The notes under the pieces: generated by a model | What the model was told of the DNA's origin: nothing | Databases searched by the model: none | What the model saw: the letters and a program-made list of their open reading frames with translations, nothing else | Translations under genes and position numbers: made by a program | Origin: Heptranchias perlo | Lineage: Eukaryota | Assembly (NCBI RefSeq): GCF_035084215.1 | Contig: NC_090346.1 | Location: 4,464,001-4,528,000, forward strand | Length of the DNA stretch: 64,000 bases | Direction of reading: 5' to 3' | Part shown: in pieces, positions 48,892 to 62,245 of the stretch | How positions within the stretch are numbered: the stretch's first letter is position 1 | Layout: every line of letters starts with the position of its first letter

Positions 48892-51889
48892 ATAGTATCA
48901 CAGTATGCTACAGCATAGGAGGAGGCCATTCGGCCCATCGTGCCTGTGCCGGCTCTTTGAAAGAGCTATCCAATTAGCCCCATTCCCCTGCTCTTTCCCC
49001 ATAGCCCTGTAAATTTTTTCCCTTCAAGTATTTATCCAACTCCGTTTTGAAAGCTACTATTGAATTTGCTTCCACCACCCTATCAGGCAGCGCATTCAAG
49101 ATCATAACAACTCGCTACGTAAAAAAATGCTCCTTCATGTCGCCTCTGGTTCTTTTGCCAATCATCTTAAATCTGTGTCCTCTGATTACTGTCCATCTTG
49201 CCTCTGGAAACAGTTTCACCTTATTTACTCTATCAAAAGCTCCTGATTTTGAACACCTCTATCAAATCTCCTCTTAACCTTCTCTGCTCTAAGGCGAACA
49301 ACCCCAGCTTCTCCAGTCTTTCCACATAACTGAAGTTCCTCATCCCTGGTACCATTCTAGTAAATCTCCTCTGCAACATCTCTAAGGTCTTGACATCCTT
49401 CCTAAAATGTGGTGCTCAGAATTGAACACAATATTCCAACTGAGGCCTAACCAGTGTTTTATAAAGGTTTAGCATAACTTCCTTTCCTTTGTATTCTATG
49501 CCTCTATTAATAAAGCCAAGGATCCCATATGCTTTTTTAACAGCCTTCTCAACTTGTCCTGCCACCTTCAAAGATTTGTGTGCATATACCCCGAGGTCTC
49601 TCTATTCCTGCACTCCCTTTAAAATTGTACCATTTAGTGCATATTGCTTCTCCTCATTCTTCTTATCAAAATGTATCACTTCATAATTTCATCTGCCATG
49701 TGTCTGTCCATTTCACCAGTCTGTCTATGTCCTCCTGAAGTCTGTTACTATCCTCCTCACTGTTTACTACATTTCCGAGTTTCATATCATCTGCAAACTT
49801 TGAAATTATACCCTGTATACCTAAGTCCAAGTCATTAATACATATCAAAAAGAGCAGTAGTCTTAATACCGACCCCTGGGGAACACCACTGTATACTTCC
49901 CTCCAGTCTGATAAACAATCGTTCACCACTATTCTCTGCTTTCTGTCCCCCAGCCAATTTTGTATCCATGCTATCACTGTCCCTTTAATCCCATGGGCTT
50001 TAATTTTTCTAACAAGTCTATTATGTGGTACTTTATCAAATGCCTTTTGAAAGTCCGTATACACGTCAACCCTCATCAACACTCGCCATTACTTCATAAA
50101 AGAACTCAATCAAGTTAGTCAAACACAACTTTCCTTCAACAAATCTGTGCTGATTTTAATTTATTAGCCCATACTTTTCCAAATGCTAATTAATTTTGCC
50201 CAGATTATTGTGTCTAAAAGTTTCCCCACCACCGACGTTAGGCTGACTACCCTGTAATTGCCGGGTTTATCCCTCTTCCCCCTTTTTTGAACAGGGGTGC
50301 AACTTTTGCAATCCTCCAGTCCTCTGGCACTGCCCCCATATCTAAGGAGGATTAGAAGATTGTGGCCAGAGCCTCTGCAATTTCCACCCTTACTTCCCTC
50401 AGTAACCCAGGATGCATCCCTTCTGGACTGGGTGACTTTTCTACTTTGAGTGCTGGCAATCTTTTAAGTACCTCCTCTTCATCTATTTTTATCCTATCCA
50501 ATATCACCACTACCTCCTCCTTTAATGCTACAATGGCAGCATCCTCTTCTCTATTGAAGACCGATGCAAAGTATTAATTTAGTACCTCAGCCAATCCCGC
50601 TGCCTCCACAAGTAGATCTCCTTTGTTGTCCCTAATCGGCCCATCCTTCCTTTGACTACCCTTTTACTATTTATATATTTATAAAATACTTTTGGGTAAT
50701 GTTAACCGCTAACCAATTGTCATACTCTCTCTTTGCCCCTCTTACTTCCTTTTTTAGATCTCCTCTGTACTTTCTGTTTTCAGCCTGGTTCTCTACTGTA
50801 TTAAGAACCTTACATTTGTCATAAGCCTCCTTTTTCTGTTTCATTTTAATCTCTACATCTTTAGTCATCCAGAGAGCTCTAGCTTTGGATGCTCTTCCTT
50901 TCCCCCTCATGGGAATGTGTCCACTTTGTACCAGAACCATCTCCTCCTTGAAGGCCTCTCATTGTTCAATTACTGTTTTGCCATCAATTTTTGATTCCAA
51001 TCCACCTGGGCAAGATCCCTTTTTAACTCACTGAAGTTAGACCTCCTCCAGTTAAGTATTTTTATGCTTGTTCTTTTCCATAACTATTCTAAACCTGATG
51101 ATATTATGATCACTGTTCCCCAAATGTTCCCCCACTGAAACATACTCCACTTACCCCACTTCATTCCCCAGAACTAGATCCAGCACTGTTTTGTTCCTCG
51201 TTGGGCTGGGAACACACTGATCAAGAAAGTTCTCTTGTACATATTTCAGGAATTCCTCTCCCTCTTTGCCCTTTACACTGTTGCTATTCGAGTCTATACT
51301 AGGATAATTTAAGTTCCCCATTATCATTTCTCTATGGTTATTGCATCTTTCTGTAATTTGCCTCCAAATTTTCTCCTCTATCTCCTTCCCACTATTTGGT
51401 GGCCCATAGTATACACCCAGTAGCGTAATAGCTCCTTTATTGTTCCTTAATTTCAACCAACCAAATTCTTTCTTTGACCCCTCAACTACATCATCTCTTT
51501 CCCGTGCTGTAATAGTGTCTTTGATCAATACTGCCACCCTCCTCCTTTCTTTCCTTCCCTATCTTTCCTGAATATCTTGTAGCCAGGAATATTAAGTTCC
51601 CAATCCTCCCTTTCTTTGAGCAAGGTCACTGTTATTGCCACTATATCATAGTCCCATATGGCGACGTGTGCCTGCAGCTCACCAACCTTATTTACCACGC
51701 TCTGTGCATTTAAGCACATGCACTTCAAACCCATCTTAAACTGCCTTGCATTTGCCCCCTGTCTGATCCCTCTATTTCTGAACTATCCTTTACCCTAGCG
51801 CTCTGTGTCTCTCCCAGTCCTCTGTGCACCTTGTTTCTCCTCTCTAATGTTTCATCCTGGTGCCCATCCCCCTGCCAAATTAGTTTAAA
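48892..51889 (-). mobile_element. CR1 LINE, ORF2 region (APE-RT), disrupted and 5'-truncated at the ORF1 end
   Basis: [39 protein letters not shown]; collinear with 28290-30910. Confidence 0.92.
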
Positions 51890-52096
51890 TTAATTAATGC
51901 AAAACTGTTTAAATATCACTCTTTTCCCCCTCTCTTAATTCTCTTTTCATTAAAGAAGTCACATGGGTAGGAGCAGCAGCCTCGTGGTTCTTTGCCCAAG
52001 TAAACGTTCTTCATTTCAGAGTTTCAACAAAGGAAAGGAAAAGACTTACATTTATATAGCGCCTTTCACGACCTCAAGACGTCCCAAAGCGCTTTA

Positions 52097-52810
52097 CAAC
52101 CCTCCAGGATTGCCATGGAGTCTCCAGGAATTAAAGAATAATCTCCAGGACACTGCTACGAGCAACCCAGGAGAAAAATCATCAGGGCAATAAAAAATTG
52201 TGCTTTTAAAACAATTTTCTTTGAACACACTTGCCTATTATTTATAAAAATATCAGACATGGGGATAAAAGGCTGTTTGACTGACAGTAAAGAATCATTC
52301 AATTCTTAGAGGGCTTGACGGGGTAGATGCTGAGAGGCTGTTTCCCCTGGCTGGAGAGTCTAGAACTAGGGGTCATAGTCTCAAGATAAGGGATCGGCCA
52401 TTTAGGAAAAATTTCTTCACTCAGAGGGTTGTGAATCTCTACCCCAGAGGACTGTGGATGCTCAGTCGTTGAGTATATTCAAGACTGAGATTGATAGATT
52501 TATGGACACTAAGGGAATCACGGGAGATGGGGATAGAGCGGGAAAGTGGAGTTGAGGTGGAAGATCAGCCATGATCTTATTGAATGGCAGAGCAGGCTCG
52601 AGGGGCTGAATGGCCTACTCCTGCTCCTATTTCTTATGTTCTTATGTTCAATCGGGTAATGAAGAGTCTATTCGCTGTCCAATTGGTATGCAAAGGCAGT
52701 GTACCGGGAGTATGGACAAGTTGGCAGGAGTGTGGGGGTGGGGCGGTTGGAGGCAGAGGGTCATGTGATGACAAGTCCAGGTATATGTCCAACTAGTGTT
52801 GGCAATCCTA
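52097..52810. mobile_element. hAT-like MITE remnant with a CR1 3' fragment inserted at about 52306-52647
   Basis: CAACCCTCCAGGA start and TTGGCAATCCTA end (TAGGGTTGCCA-type terminus), repeated CCAGGA subterminal words; the CR1 tail ends TTCTTATGTTCTTATG. Confidence 0.55.
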
Positions 52811-53209
52811 TTTACAACCAATCAAGTACTTTTGAAATGTAGTCACTGTTGTAACATAGGGAAACGTTCCAGCCAATTTGCGCACAGTAAGGCCTGTTTC
52901 AGGCAATAGAGACCTTTTAATATGGAAATCGGGGTCCTACGACATGAATAGGCCCCCCGACTGCTCAGTGCAGGCTCTGACCAGTTCCACAGGCGATGGA
53001 GCTGAAGTGGCCTGCTAAAGGTAAGTGTTGAATCCTGGAGGAGCAGCCTTGGGATCCCCGCCCTCTGCGATTGCATCCCCCTCCTCCCCTCCCCAGCAAC
53101 TTATCTTGCTGGCGGCCACTCCTGTTTGGCGTCCCGCAGCTCGCCAATGAGATTCAAACGAGGCCTCAAAATCTCTGGGGCTTCCGCCCAAAAACCAAAA
53201 TAGATCCCC

Positions 53210-53636
53210 TTGTCTCTTCTTCGACTAGTGCCATGGGATCTTTTACATCCACCTAAGAGGGCTTGTTTAACATCTCATCCAAAAGACGGCACCTCCGACA
53301 GTGCAGCACTGCCTTAGCCCTAAGTATTAATTGTATTCATGTGATTTATATCAATTAGTGTTAATTGTATTCAGGTGGTGCATATCAATTGGGAACGCTC
53401 TTGTATCCATTTATAAGAGAGCTGATGTAGGGTGTGGGTGTAATGTGGATCTCTGTGAATAAAGGCTTGGAAACAACTGAAGACTAAGCTCTAGTGTTCT
53501 ATCCTTCACCACCTGGCTATCCAAATTATAACACTAAGGTGTCAGCCTAGATTTTGTTCTCAAATCTCTAGAGTGGGACTTGAACCCACGACCTTCTGAC
53601 TCAGAGGCGAGAGTGCCACCACTGAGCCACGGCTGA
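53210..53636 (-). mobile_element. Deu-domain SINE (5' part; 3' pieces at about 52810-52885 and 52040-52097)
   Basis: GTGCCATGGGATCTTTTACATCCACC...CTCATCCAAAAGACGGCACCTCCGACAGTGCAGCAC and a tRNA-like head. Confidence 0.8.
53325..53533 (+). mobile_element. Solo LTR inserted in a DeuSINE
   Basis: 5-bp TSD CTAAG (53320-53324 / 53534-53538); ends TATTA...TAACA; internal TTTATAA and AATAAA. Confidence 0.7.
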
Positions 53637-54189
53637 TGCTTTTGAGTTTTGGCAGCGTGTTTGACCATTGGGGAGCATCACAGTGAAATCTCACCCTTTA
53701 ATCGACTGATATTCAACTCACAAACCCCTTCAGCAAGGGTCACTGGTTAGACGTCCTCAGCATAAATTCTGGCTAACTATTTCCTTCCCTAGTCAACCAC
53801 ACAGATCAGAGATCAGCGATCCATCATTCCTAGAATTTCCCAAATATCTAATTTTTATGATCAGGCTCAGTGTTGCATTTTGCAACCGAGCAAAAAACTA
53901 AAGTGCTTCATAATCTTTAATAGATAAATCTATAAGTGAAGTGGTAGCACAAGCACTAATGCAACCTGCTTCTAGAGTGCAGGAACATTACAGAAGCTCT
54001 ACTGTCCTCTCACACATACATCATTCTTGGAATACAAGCAGAGCCTGCAACTCAAAATATATTTTTTAATTTATGCAAACAAAAAATGCACGAGTCCCAC
54101 TCAATACAATATTTATTTTCTGAGCAGATTTAGCTTTAATAACAAACTCATGCATTATCTAATCAGGACTAATTGTTGGATAAATGTCT

Positions 54190-54778
54190 GAGTACAAATT
54201 CGGTATGACCCATTTTCAGGTTCATTAATGACAGGGCACCCAAACTGGAAGGTTTGAGGCTGACCTGAAAGTAGGCCTCAGGCCTCATTGTAATAATTGG
54301 GCAAGCTGCTGACGCCTCCAGAGGCAGCTCATTCATGTCAATCCATCCAATTTTAGCCTTCAGTAGGTCCCAGGAGGAGGGTGGGGGCAGAAGAACAGGA
54401 GGGGGGCAAACGGGGCCAGCAGTGGCCCTCAGGAGTGTTGTGGAGCCGGGAGGGGTTTAAAAAAATGGTACTTTTTGTTGGCGGCCGCTTGTTAGACCCC
54501 AATCACCGCAGGAAAACCTGGTGCCTGCTCCGCTCAGGGCAGCCCAATGTCAGGGAGGAGTCCTAAAACAAGCGTTAGACACCTCATTAGCGTATGGAAG
54601 AGGTCTAACCTCTGTTTTAGGCAGCTGCCAGGAATGCCTGAAAAATCACCTGACCCAATATGGGGTCGGGTGGATTTCAGGCGCCTTTGAGGCGCGAGAC
54701 ATAGCCCCACAAAATTGGACCTTTTTGCCCCCATTTTCTGCCCAGGAAACAAGCATAACGAGGTCCAATTTCTACCCC
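54190..54778. mobile_element. MITE-like element
   Basis: GC-richer block ending CCAATTTCTACCCC like the other MITE termini; left terminus degenerate. Confidence 0.4.
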
Positions 54779-55019
54779 ATTTTATCCAGTCAGAACATGA
54801 GGTGTACCCTCTAAATACAGAAAAGTAAATTTATATAACCGCTGGAAAACTATCTGTAATTGCTTCAGGGAATTCACAGCGGCTATTTTCAGCTTTTTGA
54901 AGTCAGAAATAGATAAATCTATAAAATAAATTGAAGTAAAATCCAAATGGTACAAGTCAATAAGTGAAGTACTAATTTTGGAAAGTTTGGATAACATTGT
55001 TTGGGTGATACACTTTAAA

Positions 55020-55550
55020 AAAAAATCTTTTGTACCTAAAACAAATTAATAGAGCAATAAAATTCCACTCAAAAGAGGGCATTCTGTATAAGGCATTGAT
55101 CAGATGTTATTTGGAGTACTGTGGCAGTTCTGGGCACCTAATCACATGAAGGGTTGTTTATTGCCTCTGAGAAGGCACAGAGGCAAGCAACAGAAAATAT
55201 TCCAGGAATTTAATTTATAAGGAAAGATCAGTTGGGCTTGTCCTCTTGGTGAAGAGGAGGCTTTGAGGTACCCTAATTGAAATTCCTAATGTTATGAGAG
55301 GGATCCAGGCAAATTGTGCACTGCAGCAAAGAGTTCAAATACCAGGGGACACAAGTTAAACATTAAGAAGTTAGGAGTAAGAAGGGAAGCCAAGTGAAAC
55401 TTTTTTTGCGCAGAGGGTAATAGGGTTGTGGAATAAGTTATCAGGGATGGCCACTGAAGCAGACAACATAAATGGATTCAGGAGGCAATTAGATACATTT
55501 CTGGAGAGAGAGAAGGGATATGTGGGATTGAGATCTCTCAGAAAGGGATG
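55020..55550 (+). mobile_element. Old CR1 3' fragment
   Basis: LYKALIRCYLEYC, TRGHKLNI and RVIGLWNKL remnants. Confidence 0.65.
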
Positions 55551-57929
55551 CAGTTGTTGATTTAAGGGTCTTTGCATGTTTTTGAAAATTCTTTTGTTCT
55601 TAAGCCCTTACTTAATGAGGCACTCAGTTTTATTTCTTAAGAGATCTACTAGAAAAACAAAATGGTGAACATGGAAATACAGACCGCATAACAAAGTATA
55701 TGGAAGACTTAGCACAGGAAGTGGGTTTCCTGAAGGTTAATTTCCCGCTCTCTTTCACACTCTAATCATATTTCATTAAATCTTGCTACATACTGAAGTG
55801 TCAGTCAGTCGTTTGAGAAAATCTGGTGTTGCAAGAACTTTACCTTTTATGACTCGAAATTATGTACTGCTGTCCTTTCTCCATGATTAATGTGAGTCTG
55901 AGTTGTACAAAATACATAGATATTCTTATATAATCTGCTTTTAGAAATCTTATTTCAGGCTTGCAGCAAGAAAGGCCAAAGAGAGAGATACAAATAAACT
56001 ATTGCTCTTTTTCTCCACTCTAAATTACACAATTGTAACAAATCCTTTCATTTACAGTTTTCTTCTTCTGCTGAAAGCTAGTTACATCCAACGCTTTTTC
56101 AGCAAGGTAAGTGGTTGAGTCTTGCAGATTTCTCCATGACCACCATCAGCATTGTCACTGTGTGCTCAGCTAACACGAGAGGCAGTTACTGTGGAGCAAA
56201 AATAAGACACTTCTCTGTAAAGCAGTCACGCAAAGAATGACCACTTAGATGAGGTTGCAAAAGGCGGCTGGGACTGGTGGAGCAATGCCCCAGCGTAAGT
56301 TGCTGCCTTTGGGCGAGGAATGAAATAAAAACAAACGGGTGAGAAAAAAAATCTTCTTAATAACAGATCTTGTGCATATGGGGCAGAGGTACACTGAGCT
56401 CTTTCTCAACATTCTCTTTTGCTTCATGATTCACTATGGCGGTAGAATGAGAAATGTATGACAGCAAAAGTAGAGGTTAGAGCGTTTGGGGGCCTATCGT
56501 TTCACTATGCTAACTATTGACAACGGTATGAGCAAAAGGCATCTGACTAAGGCACAAACAATTGTATCAATGATAGGTGTAATTTGGTATTCAAACTTTG
56601 CAATTCTTTTAAAAATGTTGAAATGGGTCTCATTACTTGTAGGAGCACTAACTCTCATTACTGTGTCTATTATCAATATTACCCATTTGTTGAGGTGATG
56701 GTGCTTTTCCGACCAGTAGTGACTGTTGATTAGGATAATTAAGGTGATGATCTGGTCCATTATTTTCAAAAAATCAATTGGAATTAGAATACAGGGAACA
56801 AAGGGTTAAGTGCAGGGTTGTAATGTAATGTGCACACCTGCACAATTAGTTAATCAAATTGAAATGAACCAAATTGGCCCAGGATCAGGGGTGGCAGAGA
56901 ACAGTGTTCTGGTTACAGCAAATGTTTCATTAAATAAGCACAGGAGAAACTTTTGTCCACTTACAATTATTAAAAGTAGATCTGCTAGTAAAAGCATCTC
57001 AGCACTTCAGTAAGGAGGTGATTGGATAAACTAAGCAACAAGACTGAAGATTAAGCTAAAATGTTCCTTCGACTGTTTTATATTGCCAGCAATTACCTGG
57101 GTGTACCAGCAATTAACCTTTCTAAATGGATAGGCTCTAGTAAGTTCTGAGTTGAATTTTATACTGAATAAACTCATACTAGATTTTGCAAGTAGATGCA
57201 TATGCCTTGTGAAGAATTTATCCACTATCAAAGTCAGGGGCTGTTAGATTTATATAATCGATAAATAATTCTGTTTTTTTATGTTCTTAAATATTTGTTT
57301 AGAGAAAAACCTAAAGAATTGGAGGACTTACTTTATATTGATGTCCGTTAGTGTGCAGAGATATTATCGTGTATGTGGTGATTCATTCAGTCACAGAGCC
57401 AGTAGCTGAATTCGATTCTTGTGCTGTGGACAAAAATCAGCCTAAAACTTGGAGCTGGGGCTTTTTAAGTGTTTAACTTTATTTCTGTGTTTAACTTTAT
57501 TTCTGTGTTTTAGTGTTTATGTGTTTGTGTTTTTTTATATACAGGGGAGGGAGAGGAAGAGAAATACAAATGGAGTAGTGACAGCAGCAGTCTGATGCCT
57601 AACCATGTGATACAGTTAAAATGGTCCTGTAAATGAAGTGTCATCACAGTGCTCCTGAGCCCACACCCATTCTATAAGTACATGTATGTTGTGATTTTTA
57701 CTCTGATGTTCCAACAAAGTACTATTTGTACCAATAAGCACAAACTCCGCAACGAGGCTATACTGTTATAAAGTTCATAGTGTAAGGCTCGGTAGAATAA
57801 ATACATATGCATGAACTTAGCATTACAGTCGTCACAGAATTTGTTGTGGGTAATGTCTGAAGCTCCCTTTTTTTATTCATTCTTGGGATATGGGCATCAC
57901 TAGCAAGGCCAGCATTATTCAACAGGGTA

Positions 57930-58510
57930 AAGACCTAGCTAAAATTCTTGCAAAGTATTATCAAAAGTTATTCTCTTAAACTGAGTGCACTTTACAACAA
58001 GTAAGTTTTCACTTGATGATACCAGGAATTCATGAAGTGATTCAATCCGGCTACACACACTGTACACTTCAATGGCTGCAGCTTTCATCAATAAAGAGAA
58101 GGCCTTTGACAGGTTGGATGTTAGTACTTAATATAAACTCTGGTTCCAAATCTGGTTTAAACCACTAATAATAAAATGAAAAGTCCATTTCTTATCAGTA
58201 TTAATTCTGTGTTGAGGAATGTCCATCAAACAGGAGTTTCTATATCATAGAACTAAAAATATAAGCATTGTACAATTCACAATAAATTGAAATGTTTGAA
58301 ACTTATTGCATTATCTTGACATGGAAATCTTCAGTACTCAAGGGGTTAAAGGTGGAAAGTGTTTTTTTTAGCAATCGAACAATAACATTTCTTCACACAT
58401 TGTCAGGTCTCCTTCTAGAGCAACTAATGGAGCACTCAAGGGCTTAACAAAATTGGTCCATCAGATCTCTGCTCCCTCCGCCATTAACCGTGAGATCTAG
58501 GCAGAGATAC
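57930..58510 (+). mobile_element. Ancient L1/Tx1-like RT remnant
   Basis: AKILAK and AAAFINKEKAFDRL (cf. LDAEKAFDRV) plus a degenerate TRQG-like segment; no intact frame. Confidence 0.4.
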
Positions 58511-59047
58511 TCATACTTCCCAAAGCACTTGCTCCATCATTTGAACTTTGTGGTCACAGCAGCAAAGATTCCATCAGATCACATGTAGTCCACTTTAATC
58601 AGGGATTCTGTAGTTTCAGTCTTATGGATGAAAGACTTTACTTGTGCCTAACACCATTGTGAGGTATATTAATATGCTTCAGAGGAGGTGAAGTACCCAT
58701 GCTACACATATTGCCTTTCATAGACTGAAGTTTAATCAGATTTAGACTGGTTAGGTACTTATTTTACATGCTGTGACAGATTTTGAGATTTAAATCCAAG
58801 GCTTCGAGCCTAAAGGAAAACTCAAAATTATCCGAATGGTGGGAAGAAGCCCTGAGATAATGCAATCAAGGTAAGTCACACTCTTGCTCCTCCTGGATCC
58901 ACTAAGGAAAATTTTTGACTTACCTTAAAGAGCCACCTCATCTTTGCTGCCAGGTTTTACTGAGCGGAGTGCTCGTGGTGGTCGCCCTGCTCAGTAGGCC
59001 ATTAAATTGCTATTGGTATCCTAATGACGAATTTGATGAATTCATGT

Positions 59048-59278
59048 CGGAATTTTAACTCAGCCTGCCCGGTGGGAACGGGGCAGGAGCACAGTTAAAA
59101 TAGCTGTGCAAAAACTCACCGCCCCATTCCTGTTTGATTCCCGCCTGCTGGCATCTTAACTGGACCTAGATAGGATGGTGTTGGACAAGAATACAGCAGG
59201 GAATGTAAGTCTTTGTACAGCTATTTTAACTGCACTCCTGCCCTGTTCCCACTGGTCAGGTTGTGTTAAAGTTCCCCC
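59048..59278. mobile_element. Fold-back MITE with about 65-bp inverted arms
   Basis: GGAATTTTAACTCAGCCTG..GTGGGAACGGGGCAGGAG.CAGTTAAAATAGCTGT mirrored by ACAGCTATTTTAACTG.CTCCTGCCCTGTTCCCAC..GTTAAAGTTCC. Confidence 0.75.
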
Positions 59279-59721
59279 AATTCTCTCCACATTTTTCTAA
59301 TCCCCTATTGTTAGAAGTGTCAAGAACGCTTTGTTAGCATTACTGGAATACACTGCAAGTGAATTCTTGAATAAATACTCTATTGTAAGTCCTAACACAC
59401 TAACTAATTCCTCTTTATACAACTTCTTGAAATACCACAGTCTCATTCATATCACTCAGTGAGCTAGTAGTAATAAATAAGTAACTCTGTCACAAAGCAC
59501 AGTTCATTAAAATGTGGATTTTGTGTGTTGATACAGCACTGGGATAGGGAGGTAGTACAACAGGTCATAACGAATCAGATGCAGCAAGAAAAGAAAAAAA
59601 AAGAATCCATGAAGGACCAGCGATGGAAGAATAAACACGTTGATGCAACTTGTAAGCATGTAAGCTATTTTGATAAGGTCAGCAAAGCCGAAAAAGTAAA
59701 TTGCTCTTGGATGAAAAAGAA

Positions 59722-60202
59722 TGAACTTGCATTTAGATCATGCTTTTTATGTCCTCAGGATGTCCCAAAATGCTTCAGTCAATTAATTATTTTTGAAGTG
59801 TAGTTACTGTTACGTAGGCAATTGTGGCAGCCAATTTTTGAACAGAAAGATCTCACAAAAAACAAATGAGATGAATGACTAATTAATGTATTTTTGGTGG
59901 TGTTGGTTGAGGGAGGAACATTCACAGGACAATATCCTAACCTTCTGGAAGAGACAGAGAAAGCCTTAGTCTAACTTAATCTAAGTCCAATCTAATTTAA
60001 TCGGTGTCAAATTTTGTTTGATAACGCTCCTGTGAAGCTCCTTGGGACATTTTACTATGTTAATGCAAGTTGTTGTTGTAATTTAAAAGACTGCTCCTCT
60101 CAACAATGCAGCACTCAGCCTGGGTTATGTGCTGAAGTCTAATGTGGGGCTTGAATCCGCAACCTCCTGACTCAGAGGTATTGATGCTACCAACTGCCAA
60201 GC
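59722..60202 (-). mobile_element. Deu-domain SINE pieces (with an L2-type tail fragment at about 60000-60080)
   Basis: Reverse-complement matches to the head and tail of 15776-16217. Confidence 0.65.
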
Positions 60203-61857
60203 TGCTTTCGGGGTAGATTTGAAAATCCAATTTGAGTAAGCAACCTTCAATCTGTTTCACTAGTTTATCTCCTTTCAACGGAAAACAATCAAATAAAATG
60301 ATTAGCGATTTTTCAGCTCATCCTTAGTGACAATTAAGGTTGCATTTTCCTGTTAGACTTGACGATGAATGACTTCATCCATTTTGTGGATCTTCAAATT
60401 GCTACTTCCTGTATGTTCATATTTAAAAATATTGATGTGAAAAAATGCATAGAATGTGCATTAAATGTGCACTGATTGTAAAATGCATTTTCTGTATTGC
60501 CTCCAAAAACTAAAACATTGTTTGCTATCACTAAGAAACATCAAAACAGTGTGATCTCTCTGAAAATGTTGATCAAAAACTAGCAAACTAACAGGATGCC
60601 CTTCAGGCCAATTACTCACGGAAGGGCTGATCTAACCTAATTACTTCCATTAAAATGGCACTACCACACCTGGAAGGGTTGGTTGGATGATTTTTGTAGT
60701 AATTATTTTCATTTGTTTTGGCCGTCAGTTCAAATAATTAATTTGGGGCGCAATTGCTGTAAATTTTGGAGGTGTTGAACCCTGTTTCCTTTCTCTGTTC
60801 CTAAACACCCGGAGTAAGAGCCCTTGTCAGATCAAAGGATGCCCAGAAAGATTGGTAATGCAAGATAGTGCAGAGAGAAAATACTGCTTTCAGAGTAAAG
60901 CCAGACTGAATATGAGCCAGGACATACCATAAATTCTTTTTATGTGCACTAATACCATCCCCTTTCAAGCCCTGTCTCTTATTACATAATTGCAAGCCAT
61001 TAAAGATGCACTATATTTTATTTCTCACTTATGAGATACAGGAAGGGCTGGTGCATTTTTAAAAATGTATTTTAAAAAGAGTTTGAATTTTCAAGACCTA
61101 ATTCACCAAATCATTGAAATATACATATGAAAAATATAAGAACAATGGTAAGCATCCCTTATTTTACTTCATGAATAATAGAATCAGTTGAATACCAAAT
61201 ATTAATGTTCAAACTGTTGAATGGAAAAATACCAATGTAATACAACCTGAAATATGGAAATGGCAAGAACTTGAGAGATACATGATGTAATGTCAAAGCA
61301 TCAAAAAAGAACTGTTGAAATGGCAACACTAGAACTAATATAATCCTTTAGGCATTTTGTTTTGTTAAGACATTCCTAATATAGTAACCAACAGATGTAC
61401 TTGTCAGTGAAGAAATCTCCAAATTGCAGATACATAATACATTTATCATGTGTAACTAAATGCACTTGGGCTGCAATTTAAATGAGATTGTAGTGTTCAT
61501 TTTTGTTGGACTGAGCTTTACAAAATGGGGTATATGGCAAAATATGTTTCTTTGAAGGATTTACATGTTTTTAAGTTAATTCACTTTGATTTTTTGTGGC
61601 CTGTCAATGCTCAGAATGGAACATTGCACTTTATTTCTTCTCACCATCTTTCTCCCCACCCCTCCTCTCCTGAAGCCATTGACTCCTAATTGGGGTTTGG
61701 TTCTGCAGGCACTGCTCATCCTCTGTAACCGCCTCCAAGTGACCACTACTCATTTGTGAGTCTTGACAGAGATATTCAAGAGTGGCCATGGGGACTTCAA
61801 AAAATGGCTGATCTAACCTAATTATGTGAATGAAGATCGCACTACCACACCTGGAAA

Positions 61858-62245
61858 GTGTCAGCTTTGCCTCCGTGGTAGAACTCTTGCCTGTGAGTCA
61901 AGAAGATTGTGGGTTCAAGTCCCACTCCAGGATTCGAGCACATAATCTAGGCCCTGACTCTCCAGTGCAGTACTGAGGGAGTGCTGCTTTGTCAGAGATA
62001 TTGTTTTTCGGATGAGACTTTAAGCTAAGGCCCTGTCTGCCTGCTGGGCTGGATATAAAACATCCCACGGCACTACTCGAAAAAGAGCAGGTCAGTTCTC
62101 CTGATGTTCTGGCCAACATTTATCCCTCAACTAACACCACCAGATTAACTGGCTGCTGTTTGTGGGTGCAATTTGGCTGCCATGTTTGCCTACAAAACAA
62201 GAGTAACTACATTTCAAAAGTAATTCAATGGTAGTAAAGTACTTT
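61858..62245 (+). mobile_element. Deu-domain tRNA SINE
   Basis: GGGTTCAAGTCCCACTCCAG, GTGCAGTACTGAGGGAGTGCTGC, CATCCCACGGCACTA. Confidence 0.85.

Noticed and set aside
56100-57000. Non-repetitive stretch with short ORFs and a possible small exon (DHLDEVAKGGWDWWSNAP then GTAAGT)
   Set aside because: No recognisable protein family or partner exons; it may be a conserved non-coding element or an old transposon, which I cannot test here.
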